NCBI GenBank assembly: GCA_039796495.1
Contig: JBDKJQ010000063.1
Coordinates: 1 to 41,920, forward strand
Direction of reading: 5' to 3'
DNA from: an archaeon
GTDB taxonomy: Archaea; Nanobdellota; Nanobdellia; Pacearchaeales; GW2011-AR1
DNA: 41,920 nt
Shown here: piece by piece, positions 39,098 through 41,920 of the stretch
Layout: every line of letters starts with the position of its first letter
Numbering within the stretch: position 1 is the first letter of the stretch
The notes under the pieces: model-generated
Told to the model about the DNA's origin: nothing
Database searches by the model: none
The model's input: only the letters and a program-made list of their open reading frames with translations
Program-made: the position numbers and the translations under genes

Positions 39098-41920
39098 ATG
39101 GTTTTCAAGAGGTACATTAAGAGAGGTGGAAAGCTGTTTGGACCTTATTATTATGAGTCCTATCGAGATGAGAAAGGAGTTGTCCGAAAGAAATATATCG
39201 GCACCGATCTTCCAGTAAGAAGGACTGCGCCTCGAAACGTGTACCTTTTTATTTTGTTCGGTATTTTATTATGCACTTTCTTATTCTTTTTTTTTAGTAA
39301 TAAAGGTGGTGTAACTCTATTTCATATTTCTCTCTCAAAAATTTCCGGATATGTTGTCAGCTCTTTGGCAGAGGAGACTGTTGTTGAACAGTTTGATAAC
39401 GTTATTGATTTGGAAATTATAGAGCCACTTACTCTTAATGGGGAGGCAGTAGGCACTAACAAAAATGAGCGTATGGATTTTGATGTGGAGGGAGGATTAC
39501 GACTCTATTTTAATGTACTTGATTATGATACGTACGTTGATCAGATAGCAGAGAAGAGTTTAAAGCAAGCGGCGAATAAAACCAGTGAAGAGATTATTCC
39601 AGAAGAGAGTTTCTCTCAGGATGAATCTGAAGAAAACCTTCCTCCTGTTGAAGAAGAACCTGATGATACAATCGATGATGATATTGTAGTGCAACCAGTG
39701 CCTATCGAAGAAGATCGTGGACAAGAAGAAAATCTACAAGAAGGTAGTAAGGATAAAGATACGTCGGAAGACGAGCCTACCAGTAATTCTTCTGGCGAAT
39801 CGAATCCGGAAGAATCTTCTCAGTCCGATTCTGTCTTAGAAACACAACCTGTTGAAGAGGAAGAGGCTGAAGTTGAAGAAGAACCTTCGAGGGAGGTAGT
39901 GCAATCATCTGACAATAAAGATGAACTTGCCCAAGAATCTCGGGGTGAAAATGAAATTGCTGCTGAGCCAGAAAGTAGTGCTCCCATAACCGGTAATTTC
40001 ATGAGATTTTTTGGACTTGTGGGCAGAGTTATTGGAGTTGAAGAGGAAGAGGCAGCCGATGATTTAGCGGAAGATACAGGAGCGCTTGAAGAAAGTAATG
40101 AAGCGAAAAAAACTTTTGAAGAAATTTCTTTAGAAACGCTTCAGCAAACAATTGAAGAATTGAATAAAGAAGAACTTGATGTCATTGAGGAGAATTCTGT
40201 CGTAGAAATGGATGAAGATGAGTTTGTCATTGCTCTCAATGAGAGTGCTGCTCAGGAACATGATGTTGATTACAAATGGGCATATAATGTTGCATTAAAA
40301 GATTATCATTTTTTGGCGAGTATTACGGTTACCAGTGAAGAGGAGATGGGAATGTATGATGAGACTTCCTTGAAAATAGGGAATACCTTGTTAAGTTTTC
40401 AGGATTTAGTTGATGCGGGATATACTGTTAGATTTGAAAAGCCGCTTATTACCTCTGTAGGAAAGGAAGTTGAAAAAAAAGAAATAGAAATTATTGAGAT
40501 AAATCAAACGGAAAAAAGTGCTGAAGATACGCCGACCGAAATAGAGGATGAAGAACTTTTGGAAATTCCGGTTGAGACGCCTGAAACTTCTGGTGAGAGT
40601 GTAGTGCAACCTGAAATTCCTCAGGAAAATCTTGCAGAAGAAAATGAAACTGAACAGGGTGTAGAGGAAAATGCATCTAATTCTTTGGGAACGCAGCCGG
40701 TTGAGGGTGATGCTGGTGAAGGTGAATTGGAGAATGATTCTGAAGAAGTTCCCGAAGAAACTTTAGATTCTGGTGAAAACGAAATTTCAGAAGCTGTAGT
40801 GCAACCAAGTGAATCTGTAGAAACTCCTGAAGAAAATATTCCTACAGAAATTACTAAAACGGAAACACAAGAATCTGAACCCGTGGAAAGTGATTCTTCT
40901 GTTGAAACTGGCGAGCTTGCTCCTATCACTGGAAATTTTGCGAGATTTTTTGGATTAGTTGGCAGGGCTATCGGAGTTGATGAACCCCTAGTTGAGGATG
41001 AATATTATGAACATACTATGGCAGTATATATTGAGCGAGATTTTTCAGAGGCGTATACATCAGACAAATTAGTTATCGGAAAAGACTTTGAAGATATTGA
41101 TGGGAATGGCGAATTAAATGTCGGAGATATTATTATTTTAGATCCCTCACTCAAAATTATTCCCTTGAGCAATGCCATTCATTTAAATGAAGACAGAAAT
41201 TTTATCAGGAATATTTACAATGAAACTAAAGACAGAGATGATGTGTGGGCTTTTGTTAACAATAGTCATTATGTCCGTGCCCACTTTCAGGAACCACTCG
41301 GAAAACATAATGATATCACGGTTTATGCGAGAATGCTTAATTATACGGAAGACAGTTCTTCCGCAACTATAGAAATCTATAAGGAGAATAGCGATGAGAA
41401 TGTTGCACTTATAGAAAATATAACTACTGAAAATTTTTATTCTACTCTTTTGACTGGACTGAATGACAGCGAGAAATATGATACATTCTATCTGAAGATA
41501 GTTGGTAATGATTCTCTCTCAGGAATTGAATTTGATTATATTGTTGACCCGGTTACCACGCCTGCTCTTGAGTTTGTTTCTCCATCTCCGGCGAATGCGA
41601 CAACGACTGCTAATTTTAGTGTCAGCTTTAACACCAGCATTGAAATTGGAAACCTCAGTGATGTTAAATGGAACTGGAATGGAACGAATTTTAGCTTGTA
41701 TAATCAGAGCGTTGCTCTTCTGTTTAATTTTGATAATAGAAGCGTTTTTGGAGAAAATGACACCCGTATTGTTGATTTTTCTACTAACCAAAATAATGGC
41801 ACTGCGTATCTTGGTGGAAGAGTTAATATCACAAACTGTAAATTTGGCAATTGTTTTACTTTTGACGGTAATAATGATTACATTAATGTCAGTGATAGTA
41901 ATAGTTTAGATCTTACGACT
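39098..41920 (+). CDS. giant membrane-anchored surface protein (5' part; open to the window end): cytoplasmic basic N-motif, TM, two acidic disordered modules, globular modules, start of a LamG/concanavalin-like domain
   Basis: Not in the ORF track because it has no stop. I translated 941 codons by hand in the frame of the ATG at 39098 without meeting a stop. 'MVFKRYIKRGGKLFGPYYYESYRDEKGVVRKKYIG', TM 'VYLFILFGILLCTFLFFFF', long D/E/S/P-rich stretches, and the end 'NCKFGNCFTFDGNNDYINVSDSNSLDL' (LamG-type pattern). In-frame upstream ATGs at 39035 and 39050 are possible alternative starts. Confidence 0.8.
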   Translation, partial: MVFKRYIKRGGKLFGPYYYESYRDEKGVVRKKYIGTDLPVRRTAPRNVYLFILFGILLCTFLFFFFSNKGGVTLFHISLSKISGYVVSSLAEETVVEQFDNVIDLEIIEPLTLNGEAVGTNKNERMDFDVEGGLRLYFNVLDYDTYVDQIAEKSLKQAANKTSEEIIPEESFSQDESEENLPPVEEEPDDTIDDDIVVQPVPIEEDRGQEENLQEGSKDKDTSEDEPTSNSSGESNPEESSQSDSVLETQPVEEEEAEVEEEPSREVVQSSDNKDELAQESRGENEIAAEPESSAPITGNFMRFFGLVGRVIGVEEEEAADDLAEDTGALEESNEAKKTFEEISLETLQQTIEELNKEELDVIEENSVVEMDEDEFVIALNESAAQEHDVDYKWAYNVALKDYHFLASITVTSEEEMGMYDETSLKIGNTLLSFQDLVDAGYTVRFEKPLITSVGKEVEKKEIEIIEINQTEKSAEDTPTEIEDEELLEIPVETPETSGESVVQPEIPQENLAEENETEQGVEENASNSLGTQPVEGDAGEGELENDSEEVPEETLDSGENEISEAVVQPSESVETPEENIPTEITKTETQESEPVESDSSVETGELAPITGNFARFFGLVGRAIGVDEPLVEDEYYEHTMAVYIERDFSEAYTSDKLVIGKDFEDIDGNGELNVGDIIILDPSLKIIPLSNAIHLNEDRNFIRNIYNETKDRDDVWAFVNNSHYVRAHFQEPLGKHNDITVYARMLNYTEDSSSATIEIYKENSDENVALIENITTENFYSTLLTGLNDSEKYDTFYLKIVGNDSLSGIEFDYIVDPVTTPALEFVSPSPANATTTANFSVSFNTSIEIGNLSDVKWNWNGTNFSLYNQSVALLFNFDNRSVFGENDTRIVDFSTNQNNGTAYLGGRVNITNCKFGNCFTFDGNNDYINVSDSNSLDLTT
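39980..40039 (+). repeat. intragenic peptide repeat copy 1 'APITGNFMRFFGLVGRVIGV'
   Basis: 20 codons, in frame, directly after the first acidic module. Confidence 0.85.
40919..40978 (+). repeat. intragenic peptide repeat copy 2 'APITGNFARFFGLVGRAIGV'
   Basis: 18/20 aa identical to copy 1 but only 47/60 nt identical by hand count. 9 of the 11 differing codons are synonymous. Confidence 0.85.

Noticed and set aside
41187-41909. Track ORFs 41187..41372, 41502..41909 (+) and the minus-strand ORFs 39820..40002, 40406..40929, 41519..41791
   Set aside because: They are out of frame with or antisense to the long open frame starting at 39098. That frame has coherent domain-like sequence and no stop through the window end.

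Overview
AT-rich (about one-third G+C by eye), very gene-dense archaeal chromosome segment. The archaeal call rests on a complete replication island (candidate oriC, Orc1/Cdc6, PolD small and large subunits), archaeal-type TyrRS, DRG GTPase, Hef/XPF, a Dph6-like diphthamide enzyme and TATA-box/leaderless gene starts. Small genes, abutting or overlapping convergent genes, several housekeeping enzymes with degenerate catalytic motifs and a giant surface protein suggest a reduced DPANN-type genome; this is inference only. About 45 protein-coding genes are supportable. I saw no rRNA, tRNA, CRISPR array, transposase or integrase. Most of the window (6-32.5 kb) is housekeeping. Two patches look accessory. 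(i) 0.6-6 kb holds a compact 2B-less UvrD-like helicase, an ~850-bp gene-poor stretch with frameshifted ORF remnants and a 23-nt perfect palindrome, a Cys-rich mini membrane protein and paralogous coiled-coil/winged-helix regulators, one carrying a (GTCT)5 repeat. (ii) 33.3-41.9 kb holds three tandem 4-TM paralogs, two translationally coupled coiled-coil proteins, a small soluble protein, a long FlaI/PilB/VirB11-superfamily ATPase and a giant membrane-anchored acidic/LamG surface protein that runs off the window. No FlaJ/PilC/TadC-like platform gene or recognisable pilin is present there. Patch (ii) is my best candidate for an undescribed cell-surface or host-attachment apparatus. Secondary candidates are an ATGA-coupled mpg / Dph6-like PP-loop ATPase / stand-alone glutamine amidotransferase operon, a Hef split into separate helicase and nuclease genes, and an arginase-fold protein missing both ligands of one metal site. 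All calls come from reading the six-frame translations and the DNA by eye; no searches were run, so every family assignment is motif-level.
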